Shown one piece after another: positions 25,354 through 38,710 of a stretch of 64,000 nt of DNA. This stretch comes from Eledone cirrhosa. Lineage: Eukaryota. Location: assembly GCA_964016885.1 (NCBI GenBank), contig OZ024747.1, positions 27,652,001 through 27,716,000 on the forward strand, read 5' to 3'. A program made the translations under genes and the position numbers. Within the stretch, counting starts at the first letter, position 1. Each line of letters opens with the position of its first letter. The notes beneath the pieces were generated by a model, which saw only the letters and a program-made list of their open reading frames with translations, was not told the origin of the DNA and did not search any database.

Positions 25354-25565
25354 AGTAAGTAAGACCCCGACGGCTGAGCTCAAGCCGTTTCGACGGCTAA
25401 TTCTGTACAGAATTAGCCGTCGAAATTAGTACAGAATTAGCCGTCGAAACGGCTTGAGCTCAGCCGTCGGGGTCTTACTTACTCCTATTTCCCACTCTAC
25501 TACCCTAAGTATTGAGTACTTTGGTGCGTTATGGTCCACCTGGTTCCTTACCACTTTTCCCTCGC
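25349..25565. repeat. GC-rich fold-back element, member of a small family also at 17641-17755 and 38555-38710
   Basis: 60-bp perfect inverted arms with a nested internal palindrome. Shared motifs CCGAYGGCTGAGCTC and CTACTACCCYAAGTATTGAGTACT. Confidence 0.75.
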
Positions 25566-25853
25566 TATATATATATATATATACATACATAAATATATGT
25601 GTGTGTGGTGATAATGGTGGTGGGTGAGAGGGGAAAGAAAATATTAAGGATTGGTGATAGAGTGTGAGAGAAACAATTCTGAATGTGTAACACAAGCAAC
25701 AGCACAGACAAAAAGGATACTGTCTTCAATAATTGACAATAAAATGATTGGAATTTTTGTTTACACACACACATCAATTTCCCTGCTAGGATGGATTGGA
25801 CAGACAGACAGACAGACACACACACATATATATATATCATATAATATAATTAA

Positions 25854-26025
25854 TTGCATGACATATTTGTGGGACATGGTTATGTATGTGACTTCATCAG
25901 TTGTTCATACAATCATAGGTGTAGTTATGCAATCATATCCCCATGATTGCACCAATGATTGTATGAGCATCTGATGAAGTCACATGCATAACCATGTCAC
26001 AGAAACAGAAATATATATCATGCAA
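25854..26025. repeat. Long inverted repeat whose arms are hammerhead-like motifs
   Basis: Arms approx. 25854-25921 and 25950-26025. Right arm reads GCAT CTGATGA AGTCACATG..CATGTCACA GAAA..TATATA TC ATGC. Confidence 0.7.
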
Positions 26026-26285
26026 CAAAGCAATGATGGTGAAGTAACCCCGTCTTAACTAGTTTTAATTAATAAATGAATACTCCAACACTACTAATCA
26101 CTAACTTTTAGCTGGGATAAACTACTGACGTGAAGTGTTGTTCGATCACTTGAACCGACTTATCCTCGCGAAGTTACAACACAACATCCATATATAAATA
26201 ACTTATGTTCTGCAATATATATATATATATGTCCAACCCACGCAAGCATGGAAAAGTGTACATAAAAACAATGATGATGATTGAT

Positions 26286-26791
26286 ATACAAAGTAAAAAC
26301 CTACTACAGTCAGTAGGCACCTCTATCAAAACACACCCCCGTCCCACCACCTCCACCCCACCCACACTGCCCCTTTCAATGTAAAGTTATGTTGGTCCCA
26401 CAACATCCAGGCCGAAACAAATGAGATCGTGTAGGTGTCACAACAAAAAACACACAGTCCACGCTGTAAATGTGGCCGTGTAGGCAACACGGTAAAAACC
26501 TCCCAGCCCCACACTGTAAATGTGGTTGGTGTTAGGAAGGGCATCCAGCTGTAGAAAACCCGCCAGACAGTCCACGCTGTAATGTGGCCGTGTAGGCAAC
26601 ACGGTAAAAACCTCCCAGCCCCACACTGTAAATGTGGTTGGTGTTAGGAAGGGCATCCAACTGTAGAAAACCCGCCAGACAGTCCTATGCGAGCAAGACA
26701 ACCACTCTTGCCTCAAGTGGGAAAACCCCCGTCCAAACCCATGCAAGCGTGGAACACGGACGCTAAACCTGATGATGATGATGATGATGAT
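26286..26791 (+). mobile_element. RTE (PHD family, subfamily A) 3'-UTR-only copy
   Basis: Near-identical to 1401-1903, including the doubled module and (GAT)n tail. Confidence 0.92.
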
Positions 26792-26798
26792 GTGTGTG

Positions 26799-26961
26799 TA
26801 AAAGATAAACAGAAATAACAACACAATCGGTACAGAATATGGAAGGAATATATTAGGTTAACGCTTGAAATAGCAGGAAGAGGGTCTTAACTTTTCGGAT
26901 GCTCGTCCTTCATCAGAAAAAAGAATGAGAAATAAGATAGATTGAAAGGATGGGCAGGTTG

Positions 26962-26965
<4 letters not shown>
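26799..26965 (-). mobile_element. Short non-coding repeat with a mutated minimal hammerhead (Penelope pLTR-like); copy 1
   Basis: Highly similar to 32217-32383. Minus strand reads CTGATGA AGGA CGAGCA TCC GAAA AGTT; the stem III palindrome is broken. Confidence 0.65.
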
Positions 26966-27026
<61 letters not shown>

Positions 27027-27529
27027 AAAGGAATTGATTGTAAGATTGGACCAAGAAATAAATGTTTCCATTGGTTTTTCTATTGTTGATACTATCTGTT
27101 GGTACTTTGTTTTAGCAAGTTAAACTCAAGGATGAAAGGCAAAGTTGAACTCAAGGATGAAAGGCAAAGTTGAACTCAAGAACACAGAGAAGCTTGAGCA
27201 AACACCAAGGCATTTAACCTGATGTTTTAGTGACTCTGCCAATTCACTATATTTGTATGTGTATGTGTGTATATATATGTGTACATGTGTGTGTATGTGT
27301 GTGTGTGTTTATGGTTAGTAGTTTAGCCAATAGAAATAGATAAGTATAGTGGTTGATAAGATCAAGTAAATCCCACAAAGGCATGGACTCAGTTAGATGC
27401 ACCTCCACATGGTACCTATTAATGAATATTGGAAGTGTGCCATTGACACCTCACTGCTAACTCATTGACATAAACTGACATAACTAGCTGTGACTGTTTG
27501 ATGAAGTGGATGGGGGGAGGTAATGGACC

Positions 27530-27622
<93 letters not shown>

Positions 27623-28744
27623 AAGTGAGTGAGAAGGGGAGGAAAGTATGTGTGTGATTATGTGAAAAAGAAAGAGAGTAAACAAGAATGACAATGAATG
27701 AGCAACATGGAGGAGTAGATGAGAGGGTTAAATCATTAGTTTATAGGCAACAGTCTAATACACTTAGATGGTGGTGTGTTTGGTGTGGTGGACATAGAAT
27801 TGTATTTCTGATAACTACTACCACCAACACCACCACAACAACCACCAGCATGATCAACACCATCCACCGCCAACACCATCACCAGCATGAGCACCAACAC
27901 AACAACCACCAGCATGATCAACACCATCCACCGCCACCACCAACACCATCACCACCAGCAAGACCACCAACATTATCAACACCATCCAACACCACCACCA
28001 CCACTGTCGACCACAAGCATCACTAATACCACCACTCTCTTTAGCATTACCATCAACACCACCACAATCACTGCTATCAGCATGACCCTTAACACCACCA
28101 CCACCACCACCACCACCACCACTATAAGATGGTTGGTGTGTGTAGAAAGACAAAGACCAGCTCAGTTTCTGATGACTCACTACATCTATAATGACACATT
28201 CCACTGTCTGTATTTACACACACAGACACACTAATACACATATATCTTAATCAGTTAATCAGTGGTAGCAGGTGAGAACACTAGCTATACAATACAGCAC
28301 TGCACAGTATTTATGTGCGTGTGTGTGTGTGTGTGTATGTTTATGTCTGTCTATCTGTCTGTCTGTGCGTGCAACCTTAAGCCAATGTTAGAAATTAAAA
28401 ACAATTCTTTCTAGCATTGGCACAAGGCCAGCAAATTGGGGTAAGGTAAAATTGATTATATGGACCCTAGTACTTTATTATATAGACTGAGACCATAAAG
28501 AGCCAGAACAAATACAGCAAAGCATTTTTTTTCCAATACTAATTTATAACAAAGGTACAAATATTGCTGTTACTTTATTTTAACTAAATATTTTAACTGA
28601 TTTCTAAACTTTGACCAGTGGGAGAGAGGTACTGCTTGCATTAATCCTTTTGTGATCATATTTCTGCCTATGATTTTAAAATAATTTTGAAAATAATCTA
28701 GAATTTTATGAAATTTAGTAATATTGCTAACTTTTCATTATTAA

Positions 28745-28963
28745 GCCTTTAGCATTTAAACCAGCCATATCCAGCCAGAATTCTCTCATCCTTTTCTGTT
28801 CAAACCAGTCGTAACCAGCTGCTCGTACTGATGTTAAGGTATTATTCTCAACGTATTATATCACAATCTTATAGATTCAATATTATGTGATATAATTATG
28901 TGAGGTAAAGCTTTTACCATGAAAATATAATAGTATATATAGAGTAATATAAATGTTAAAGGG
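28745..28963. mobile_element. TTAA-flanked MITE (piggyBac-like), second family
   Basis: TTAA|GCCTTTAGCATTT ... AAATGTTAAAGGG|TTAA. Confidence 0.7.
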
Positions 28964-29139
28964 TTAAGCCAGTATTTGCAACATAATTTAACAAAAGCTC
29001 TTACATAAAATTATGATGAAAGATTTTTAGATAAACACACACTTAAACCCTTTCATTACTATATTTCTAATAAAAGACACTGCCTATATTTCTAATAAAA
29101 GACACTACCTTAAATCCTTTTTTAAATAATCAAGAATTT

Positions 29140-30195
29140 GGACAGATTTGTGGCCGATGCTCAGGTGCAATAAGTACCAAGTGCCCACAGGATACTAGCT
29201 CCTTCTACTGCCCAGATGGTTCTATAGTGGACACTTTCTGTTACCTAGGTGACAAAATCAGCAGTGGTGGGTGCTCTGAAAGTACAGTAGCTAGAGTTAG
29301 AACATGATGGAAAAAGTTCAGAGGGTTTCTCTCTGAAAATGAAAGGCAGATTGTATGATGCTTGTATACGAACAGCAATGTTACATGGCAGTGAGTCATG
29401 GGCATTGTGTGCAGAGGACCTGCGCAGATTGGAAAGGAATGAAGCATGCTTGCTCCGTTGGATGTTTAATAGTACATTGGATGTGTAATACACGAGCGAC
29501 AAAACATAAATGAACTAAGTGAGAAATTAGAAATAAGAGGGATCAGACGCTGTTTACTTGAGAGAAGACTACGTTGGTATGGTCACATGATGCACATGAA
29601 AGACGACAGCTGTATAAAAAAGTGCAGGGCGATCAAAATTGATGGAAGTTACGGAGTAGGTAGACCCAGAAAAACCTGGGACGATATGATAAATTCCGAC
29701 CTTGCACACTTACACCTCTCTAAGACAATGTCACTGGATCGAGATCTTTGACGCTACACAGTAATACAGAAGACCCGCCTTCCCTACGTGCAAAGTTAAC
29801 CTAGAGAGTAGGCCCCTCCAAACCAAACATACACCCCAACCCACTACTCCTACTCCACCATTCCACTCCCGCCAACACCACCCTTTCTCTATAAAGTTAT
29901 GTTAGTACCACAACATCCAGTCCAAACTAATGAGATCGTGTAGGAGTCACAACAAAAAAACACAGTCCACGCTGTAATGTGGTTGTGTAGGTAACACGGT
30001 AAAAAGCTCCCAGTCCACACTTTAAATGTGGTTGGTGTTAGGAAGGGCATCCAGCCATAGAAAACCTGCCAGATAGTCCTATACGAGCAAGACACAGTCA
30101 CCCGATCAATCTTGCCTCAAGTGGGACAATTCTCGTCTAACCCATGCTAGCGTGGAAGATAGACGTTAAACGATGATGATGATAATGATGATGAA
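29140..30195 (+). pseudogene. Older RTE (PHD family) 3' portion with stops and deletions
   Basis: TGTGGCCGATGCTCAGGTGCAATA (end of PHD, CGRCSGAI) through YLGDKISSGG, GRPRKTW, 3' UTR and a GAT tail. Confidence 0.9.
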
Positions 30196-30906
30196 TTAAC
30201 TGTGCTATAACTAATTAAGCTGATGTTATTAACAGAAATACCAAATTTAAAGCTATTTAATTTTACCCTTAATTCATTACCACTATGTAAACAGAGATGA
30301 TGAAGAGAAGCAAGACTTAAATATTTTCTGTCTCTCACACAGTATATTTTCCTCCTGCTATATTTTAAATGTAGAAAACATTTTTTATTATCAAGATGGT
30401 GTTTGGAACAACAAAAGTTCTTACATAAAATTATGATGGAAGGGTTTTTAAATAAATATGTGTTAAAATGAACATTTCTGTATTATAGAACCAAGGGCAT
30501 TTTTTGGCAGCTGGATATCAAAAAGAAAAGACGCAATTCCTATTGGTCTTTTCAAGGCTGATACTATCTGCCAGTTACAACTCCTCAACTCCTCACAGAA
30601 GGAAGCAGGACTTGAACTCATCACACACAGAGTCAGATCAGCCACTGCAAAGCATCCAATCTGACTCCAATCCACTCCTGCTGGACTGGTACTTTATTGA
30701 CCTCCAATGGATGAAAGGCAATGTTGACTTCAACAGGATTTGAACACAAGGTGCAGAGAGCCAAAACAAATACTGGGGCATTTAATCTAATAGTTTAACC
30801 AGTTTTCATTAAATGACACTAATACTTAAGTTGGACTTAAATCCTGAATAATAACTGGAACAAAGTGGAAGAATGTAATTTAACCCTTTTTATACTAACC
30901 TTGTTT

Positions 30907-30984
30907 TAAAGTGTATATATTTATCTAAAAATCTTCTATCATAATTTTATGATAGAAGATTTTTAGATAAATATATACACTTTA
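30907..30984. repeat. Perfect 38-bp-arm palindrome with 2-nt spacer
   Basis: TAAAGTGTATATATTTATCTAAAAATCTTCTATCATAA-TT-exact reverse complement. Confidence 0.95.
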
Positions 30985-32216
30985 TATAAGTTATGTTCCA
31001 AATACTAGCTTAATGGTTAAATTACTATATCCCTCCAAATGCTTGATTTCTTTTTTCAAAATTATGTGAAAATCATAGGCAGTGTCTTTCATTAGAAATA
31101 TTGTCATGAAATAGAACATAACAAAGGTTCATACATAATATTTTGATGGGATGGTTTTTTAGATAGATATATATATACACATTAAATTGACCCCAATACA
31201 TGAGCTGGAATTATTAATGTGTAAATAATGACCTGGACAAAGTAAAGGAATGTAATTTAATAACTAAATAGGTTGCACACTTTTACAAGACATCCTATAC
31301 TTGAATATAGCAAAAGGACATAAAGTGAATATATCAACAAATGGGAACAGAATTTAGAGTGAAAAACAGATGTAAAATAAGGAGAAAATAAGGTGCTTTT
31401 ATATGTGTGTGTGCAAATGTATATATATATGTATATACATATCTGTGTATGTATATATGTAGTATTTTGTTTAATTAAATACTACAGAAGCAATTAAAAT
31501 AATTAAATCTACTTTGAAAATTAATCAACTTTTAGAAATGATCACAATGCTAATTTATGAGAGAATGGTGTTTGAGGGGTGGTGGAAGGATTATGGAGAG
31601 GAAGGGGGAGGAATATAGGAATGGGGGGGGGGGGGGGCTGGAGAGGAGTGGAAAAGGAAGAGACTGGAGAGGGAAGGGGTGGATAGAATAGAATGAGGGG
31701 AAGAGGAATATAGGATAGGTGGAGAGGTAGGAGAGGTAGGAGAATGACATAAAGGGGAGGAGGAGTCTGATGGCACAGAAACATTATATGAAGGGGATAT
31801 TTGGAGGGCAGGTTACATAAACTGTGGAGTGGTACATAGCATTGATATCAACTATAAGAAGAGCAACAACAATAATAACAATAATTGGGAGGGAGGATAA
31901 TGGTAGAATAAATGTGTGGAGGAAAGAGTAATATCTGGAAATGGGGAGAGAAGAATATAAGAATGAAGGAGATAAGAATAAGAAAAAGAGAGTATAAAGA
32001 AAATGGAGAAGGAAGGGGACAAAATGGAGGTGGGGAGAAACTCACATGCACACACAGACATCATCATCATTTTAAGTTAATTTTCTATGCTGGCATGTGT
32101 TGGATGAGTTGTTGCAATCCAAAACAAGACATGGTCAGGAAAACATATTTTGGCATGGTTTCTATAGCTGGATGCCATTCCTGATACAATCAACCTTATA
32201 TATATATGTATGTATG

Positions 32217-32383
32217 TAAAAGGTAAACAGAAATAACAACACAATCGGTACAGTATATGGAAGGGATATATTAGGTTAACGCTTGATATAGCAGGAAGAG
32301 GGCCTTAACGTTTCGGATGCTAGTCCTTCATCAGAAGAAAGAATGAGAAATAAGATAGATTGAGGGGACGGGCGGGATGGAAT
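32217..32383 (-). mobile_element. Short non-coding repeat with minimal type I hammerhead; copy 2
   Basis: Minus strand 32338-32303 reads TCTT CTGATGA AGGA CTAGCA TCC GAAAC GTT^ AAGG. Confidence 0.7.
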
Positions 32384-33349
32384 TGGAAATATGTCTTTAT
32401 ATATATCTGCAAACCCTAAAAATAATCTGGAGTCACACACATGCCACAGGACAAAGGAAAAACTTACAGCCTTCCTAAAAACATCACCACACCAAAAAAA
32501 CAATTATTCATAATTGATAAACATTTCTCTTTTTATTTGTATTTTCTGTCTTTGCATTTTCAATTATCTTTTTCACTATTTTTACAAACCCTGAAAATAA
32601 CTTCAACTTTTGACACAATGGAACCCCACCTAAACACATACAACAAAATACCATCTGGACCTTTATTTGGAATAGAAAAGGAACTTTATATTTAAGAAAG
32701 GATTTTGAGAGAAAACTCTCAAATGATATAATAGTCTACAGAATATGATAACAAACAACAAAACTTAAATCCATTTAATTTAACAATTATAAAAATATTT
32801 ATTGTTGGATCAAACCTTTAGTTTCCAATCCAGCCAAAACCGACTCTGGTTCTATGAAATAATGTCATCCATTTTAAAGGTTTCTAACTTAATTAAAAAT
32901 CTTCCAGCATAATATTATATAAGAACCTTACATAAAATTATTATATTAATAATGGGATAATTAATAATTTTAGTAAATCTCTCCAAATCCTTCATTAATC
33001 AATTAAAATAGAAGGTATTTAATTAGAAATGCAGTCATGAAAGGGTTAAAGAAAAAAATAATCTTTAAATATACCCCTGGGCTATATATATATATATATA
33101 TATATATAAAGACACATATAAGGTCTTAAGTTTCATAATTATTTCAATTAGAATTCACCCTGATTAGAAAAACAATCCAATAAATAGCAAACTAAAACTT
33201 CATTAAAATATATGTATGGTGAACAAGATGAAGCTGAGTTGATCTTATTATGGTGAATACATATTTTATTGTATGACAAGCAAGATAGAATTGAGATGAT
33301 CCTTTTATGATGAATACATGTTATTAAATTTGTCTTGATACAAGTTCGT

Positions 33350-33572
33350 TTTACAGAAGATGGTTAAGAATAACAGTTTAGGTTTACAGAAGATGGTTAA
33401 GAATAACAGTTTAGGTTTACAGAAGATGGTTAAGAATAGCAGTTTAGGTTTACAGAAGATGGTTGCGAATAACAGTTTAGGTTTACAGAAGATGGTTGCG
33501 AATAACAGTTTAGGTTTACAGAAAATGGTTAAGAATAACAGTTTAGGTTCACAAAAGATGGTTAAGAACAGC
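33350..33572. repeat. 33-bp minisatellite, about 6.7 copies
   Basis: Unit TTTACAGAAGATGGTTAAGAATAACAGTTTAGG. Confidence 0.95.
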
Positions 33573-33678
33573 AATACAATATGGCTGAATAATACAGTCT
33601 ACAAATACAGTCAATGTTTTTCATTGTATTTTTACAAAAAAAAAATTAAAATAAAATTCCTTTGTCATTCATCAAGCA

Positions 33679-33862
33679 ATAATTGTTTCTACTTTAGGCA
33701 CAAGGCCAGCAATTATCCAGTACATTACTGGTACTTTATTTTATCGACCCTTAAGGATGAAAGGCAAAGTCAACCTCGGCGGGATTTGAACTCAGATCGT
33801 AAAGGGACGTAACTATGCTGGAAAGCATGGCGTCCGACCCTCTACCGATACTGTCAATCCAC
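33679..33862 (-). mobile_element. tRNA-derived SINE copy
   Basis: Near-identical to 15380-15573. Confidence 0.85.
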
Positions 33863-34641
33863 ATGAATGACATGTATTTTGAAATGAACACATACAATTA
33901 TACATACACAATGTAACCGAAATACAAAATACTGTAAACTTATGATGATACATACACAAATATAGATATGTAGACATATAATGATTTGCAATGTGTTTCT
34001 ATTTGCTGTCACAAATACAAACAAGATGTATGTCTATAACTTTTGAATATAATACAATGTACTAAAGAGGAGGGGGGGGGGGGGTAAAAAGGAGAGAGTG
34101 AGTGTGAGGAGAGGGAAAGTGGGAGACTGAATATGAAGAGAGGGAAAGTGGGAGTTTTGAGTGTGGGAAGAGGGAATGTAAGAGAATGGAAAATGGGGTG
34201 TGGAAAGAGGGGGTGTGGAAAGAGGGTACGTGGAGATGGAGTGGGAAGAGAGGGAAACTGGGAGAATGAGTGTGTTGGGAGAGAAGTAAGACAGAGACGT
34301 GACACATCCAGAAAGTTTTTATTGTGTGTGTGTGTGTCTGTGTTTCTTGGAAATTGATAACGATACTTGGAAATGCTAGTGGTTTATCTTGTATAGCATC
34401 ATCTAATGATACTATACCAGAGGCGGTTTCAGGTAATTTGGTATGAAAAAGGTTAATAACAAAATTAGCTCATACAACTAGGGACCTTTGATTTTGAGAA
34501 AAATTTGCTGAAATCTTTTTCTAATTTAAACTTACATTTTAGATATTAGTTGAATTTCAATTATTACCACTATCACATCACTGATTACTGGGCTTTTAGA
34601 TTCACATATTTTATCAAACTCATCCATGCACAAAAACATAT

Positions 34642-34724
<83 letters not shown>

Positions 34725-35225
34725 TACATACATACATACACACATTTACATCCATCCTTACTTACTTATCTTTGTCCACCAAATCAAATGATAGTTATAT
34801 TCTCTTTCATTTGTGGATTCCCAATACTTGATACAGCTTCAGTCTTAGACAGGACATGTAAATGTTTGGTTAGCAAAGCCAAGTATTACTTTGTATGTTT
34901 CTTCTCCTGGTAGTACTGTGTTTCTCTTCAATATCTTCACTTGAGATGACCAAAGTGAACAAATTGTAATATCTACTTTTGAAGAATTGACATTGCTCCT
35001 CTTCAAATTAGGTCTCCCGCTAGTCTTGGAAACACTTTTTTGGTCTTCCAATCAAATCAACTATAGCATAGCTGGTTAAACACAGCCTTAATGAAGGAGA
35101 TATAAGTCAGAAAGTCACACTATGTCTCCAAGCCATTCCTTGATAAGCTGTCACTAACTACTGAGATGATGGCTTGTAGGACATCCGGAGTGAGACTCAT
35201 GCATATAGTATCGCTTTGATCTGGC

Positions 35226-35256
<31 letters not shown>

Positions 35257-36675
35257 ACACACACACACACACCCACACACACACACACACATATATATAA
35301 ATATATATATATATACACATATACAAACATGCATGCACACATACATACAGAGATGAATAAAGAAAATGATTCAGCTGTCCAGCTAAGTAAATGAGAGTGA
35401 AAGTTTGAAGCTGAACCTTGACAGTTAAACAACAACAGTTCCTGTATATTGTTTAAATATATTCCCATATCAACACATTCACATATTACTTGAGGTTTCC
35501 TTTGCATCTACTCCTTCTCTCTTTCTTGCTTGCTTGCTTGAAAACAAATACACTAAACAAGTTTAGAACAGTTTAACCCTTTTGATATCAACCTGCCCAA
35601 AACCAGTTCGATTTCTATGAAACAAAGACACATTTTAAAAAGTTCCTATTTAAATTAAAATCTTCCGACATACTATTATATAGCATATGTTAAGTTACTA
35701 TCTTATCAATTAATAATTTTAGTAAATTTCTCAAAATACTTCATTAATTAATTGAAATACAGTAATGATAGTGTTAAGACTACAATTCTAACACAACTTT
35801 ACTGTTAGGGTCCTACCAAATTCCTTTCAATTCCAACATATAATTTTACTTTTCTGAGACACCCATAAACAATTTCTTTTCAATTCCAACACAATTTTAT
35901 TGCCAGACTCCTAAAATTACACCACATAATTTTTTCTGCTGTATCCCTAAATTTTTAGGGATACATCAGAAAAATTTCCAATCAAACTCAACTTTATTGC
36001 CAGGTCCCTACAAACACCCTTTAATCCCAACACAATTTTACTGCCAGCTCCCAATAAACTCTTTTTAAGTTCCAATACAATTTTATTACCAGGCTGCTAC
36101 AAACAAACTCCCTTAAATTTGAACACACAATTTTACTGTTAAGTCCCTAAAAACTCCCTACAATTACAACAGAATTTAATTTCAAATGAAACAAAAGACT
36201 GAATTCAAAATGGCTGACCTAAAATTTTCAAAATAATTTCCTCTTTTATCTTTTATTCCTCTTTATTTGAAATAGAAAATAATTGTTATTTGAGAATTTT
36301 AATTCAATATTTCAGTTATTTGTTTTTAAGAAATCCTTTTTTTAGTTTTTAAATAATATTTCAATTGCATTTCATATGATATGATTTCTATAGAAAATTC
36401 ATTTAACTAAATTATTCATGCACCAAATTATTCATATATTATTTAGGTCAGTAAATAATGATTTTTAATAATTTTTCAGAGAGGCAAGGCAAGGGAACAA
36501 CACATGTAAGGAGATGGTGACATGTGGTAGTTCAACCATTTTGATACCAACCTGCCCAAAATTGCCTCAGGTTCTATGAAACAAAACCATTCATTTTAAG
36601 GGTTTCCTATTTATATTATAATCTTTCAACAATTTTATATAAGAACAATGTGTTAAGTTACTAATTAGTAATGAA

Positions 36676-36895
36676 ATAATGGTTTCTTATATAGGCACAA
36701 GGCCAGCAATTTTGGAGAAGGGGACAGTCGATTAAATCGACGACCACAGTGCACGACTGGTACTTTATTTTATCGACCCCGTAAGGATGAAAGGCTAAGT
36801 TAACCTCGGCAGGATTTGAACTCAGATCATAAAGGGCCGTAACTCTATGTTGCAAAACATGGCATCCGACCCTCTACCGATACTGCCAATCCACC
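36676..36895 (-). mobile_element. tRNA-derived SINE copy inserted in a TTAA MITE
   Basis: AGGCACAAGGCCAGC..GGATTTGAACTCAG..CCGATACTGCCAATCCACC. Confidence 0.85.
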
Positions 36896-36989
36896 AATAA
36901 ATACTTTTAGCAAATACCTCAAAATTCTTAAATAATTGAAATAGAGTATCTTTCATTAGAAATATCACCACAAAAACGTTAATAACCAC

Positions 36990-37637
36990 ACAAAGTTGAG
37001 AGTAGCTATGGGATGAGGTGATAAAGACTGACCTTGCACAATTGTACCTCTCAAAGATGATGACACAGGATCGAGATCTCTGGCGATATGCAGTAATACA
37101 GAAGACCTGCCTTGCCATATATACAGGTTGAAGCATACATTCAGTATGCAGCACTTCCCCTAACTTCTCCACATCCTAATATCTCTACCTTCCCCCACCA
37201 CATCATAACACCCCACCCTTTACCCACGTCCTATCTCTTCACTTGATAAGTTCCTCTATCCCCTAGATCTACCTTTGCCACCCCCATGCACCCTCCTTAC
37301 CCCAGATGATACAGTAAAGTGGTTGTTTTGGTGCCACAACAAAAGGCACCCAGCCCAAACTGCAAAGTGGTCATGTAGGTGTTATGTCAAAAAAGAACCC
37401 AGCCCAAACTGCAAAGTGGTCATGTAGGTGTTATGTCAAAAAGCACCCAGTCCACACACTATAAATGTGGTTGACATTAGGAAAGGCATCCAGCTGCAGA
37501 AACCAAGCCCTAATCAGTTCTGTGTAAGCAAGTCATGGTTATCTGATCTGGATTGTCTCACAACGAGACAACTCAACTAGCCCATGCTAGCGTGGAAAAA
37601 TGAACATTAAACGATGATGATGAAGATGATAATGATG
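36990..37637 (+). pseudogene. Diverged RTE 3' end with 3' UTR and GAT tail
   Basis: DRDLWRYAVIQKT-like translation, duplicated UTR module, GCATCCAGCTG motif and (GAT)n. Confidence 0.75.
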
Positions 37638-38710
37638 TCAACTCCATCCCTGATGAAGAGTGTACTTCCCAAAAGTACACTCAGAAGGCAACAAATTCAA
37701 AGAAATCCTACTTGATGCCTATGAAAAAGGAGATGGAGACCATAGCATAGAGAAAAATTTGGAATTTCTATGAGAAAACATGCTGAAAACCACAAATCAG
37801 GTCTGCTGGTGGAGCAAGGTCCCAGCTAGATGGGTGACATGGTGGTGATGCCAACTACAGAAGACCCGTGAAGGCTAAAAAGAAATGAAGTGACTATGAG
37901 TATGTGCCAATGGATGTGGGCATAATTGATGTAACTTAAGCGAGTTGAGAGAAAAAACTTGGCATGTAGTGTGCAAGAGAGAAGACTACATTGATAAGAC
38001 ATGATGTATATGAAAGTAGACAGTTGTTTAAAGAAATGCAGAGAAATCTACACACATGTATGTGTGTGTATGATACATGGTATATGCTAATAAGTGTCTG
38101 TCAGCATGCATGAATGTGTACAGGTATATCCATAAGTGTGTGTGTATGTGTGATACCTAAGGGATATTTTAAACTTAGCATTTCTTTGATTCGTTTTCTA
38201 GATTATTGTTTCCCCAGCAAAAACATTGTACCAATTATATCTAACTTTCCTTGGCGGTGTTGGTAATGATGTTGTTGGTGATTGTAGTGGTGGTGGTGGT
38301 GGTAGTAGTGGTGGCAATAATGATGTTGGTGTGGATGATGACGAATGTGATGAAGATGTTGACAATGAAGGTGATGTAGACAATATCTTCATACAGTCAA
38401 GTACCATTCTAAATGTGGTCACATATATATATATGTACACACACACCTAGCAGATAATACCTACTTAACCTCCTTCTAGCTTGGCCATATCATATTATAC
38501 ACACACATATACATATATAAATACATATATATTTATATATAAATATACACACATGGGAGTTACCAGTTAGACTAGTAAGACCATATTCGGTTAAGTACTC
38601 GATACTTGGAAAAGTAGAGTTTATTTATAATGAAAAGTTAGTGCCCGATGACTGAGCTCATGCTGATGAAACAGCATAAGCTCAGCCATCGAGCACTAAC
38701 CTTTCACTAT

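Noticed and set aside
33350-33572. CRISPR-like array or repeat protein (MVKNNSLGLQK)n
   Set aside because: Head-to-tail units with no unique spacers, eukaryotic context and no splice evidence; a minisatellite. The same applies to the 40-mer at 40146-40453.
34755-35225. Possible upstream or 5' UTR exon of the host gene (minus-strand GTAAGT near 34760, unique-looking sequence)
   Set aside because: No convincing ORF or acceptor; cannot be supported without RNA data.
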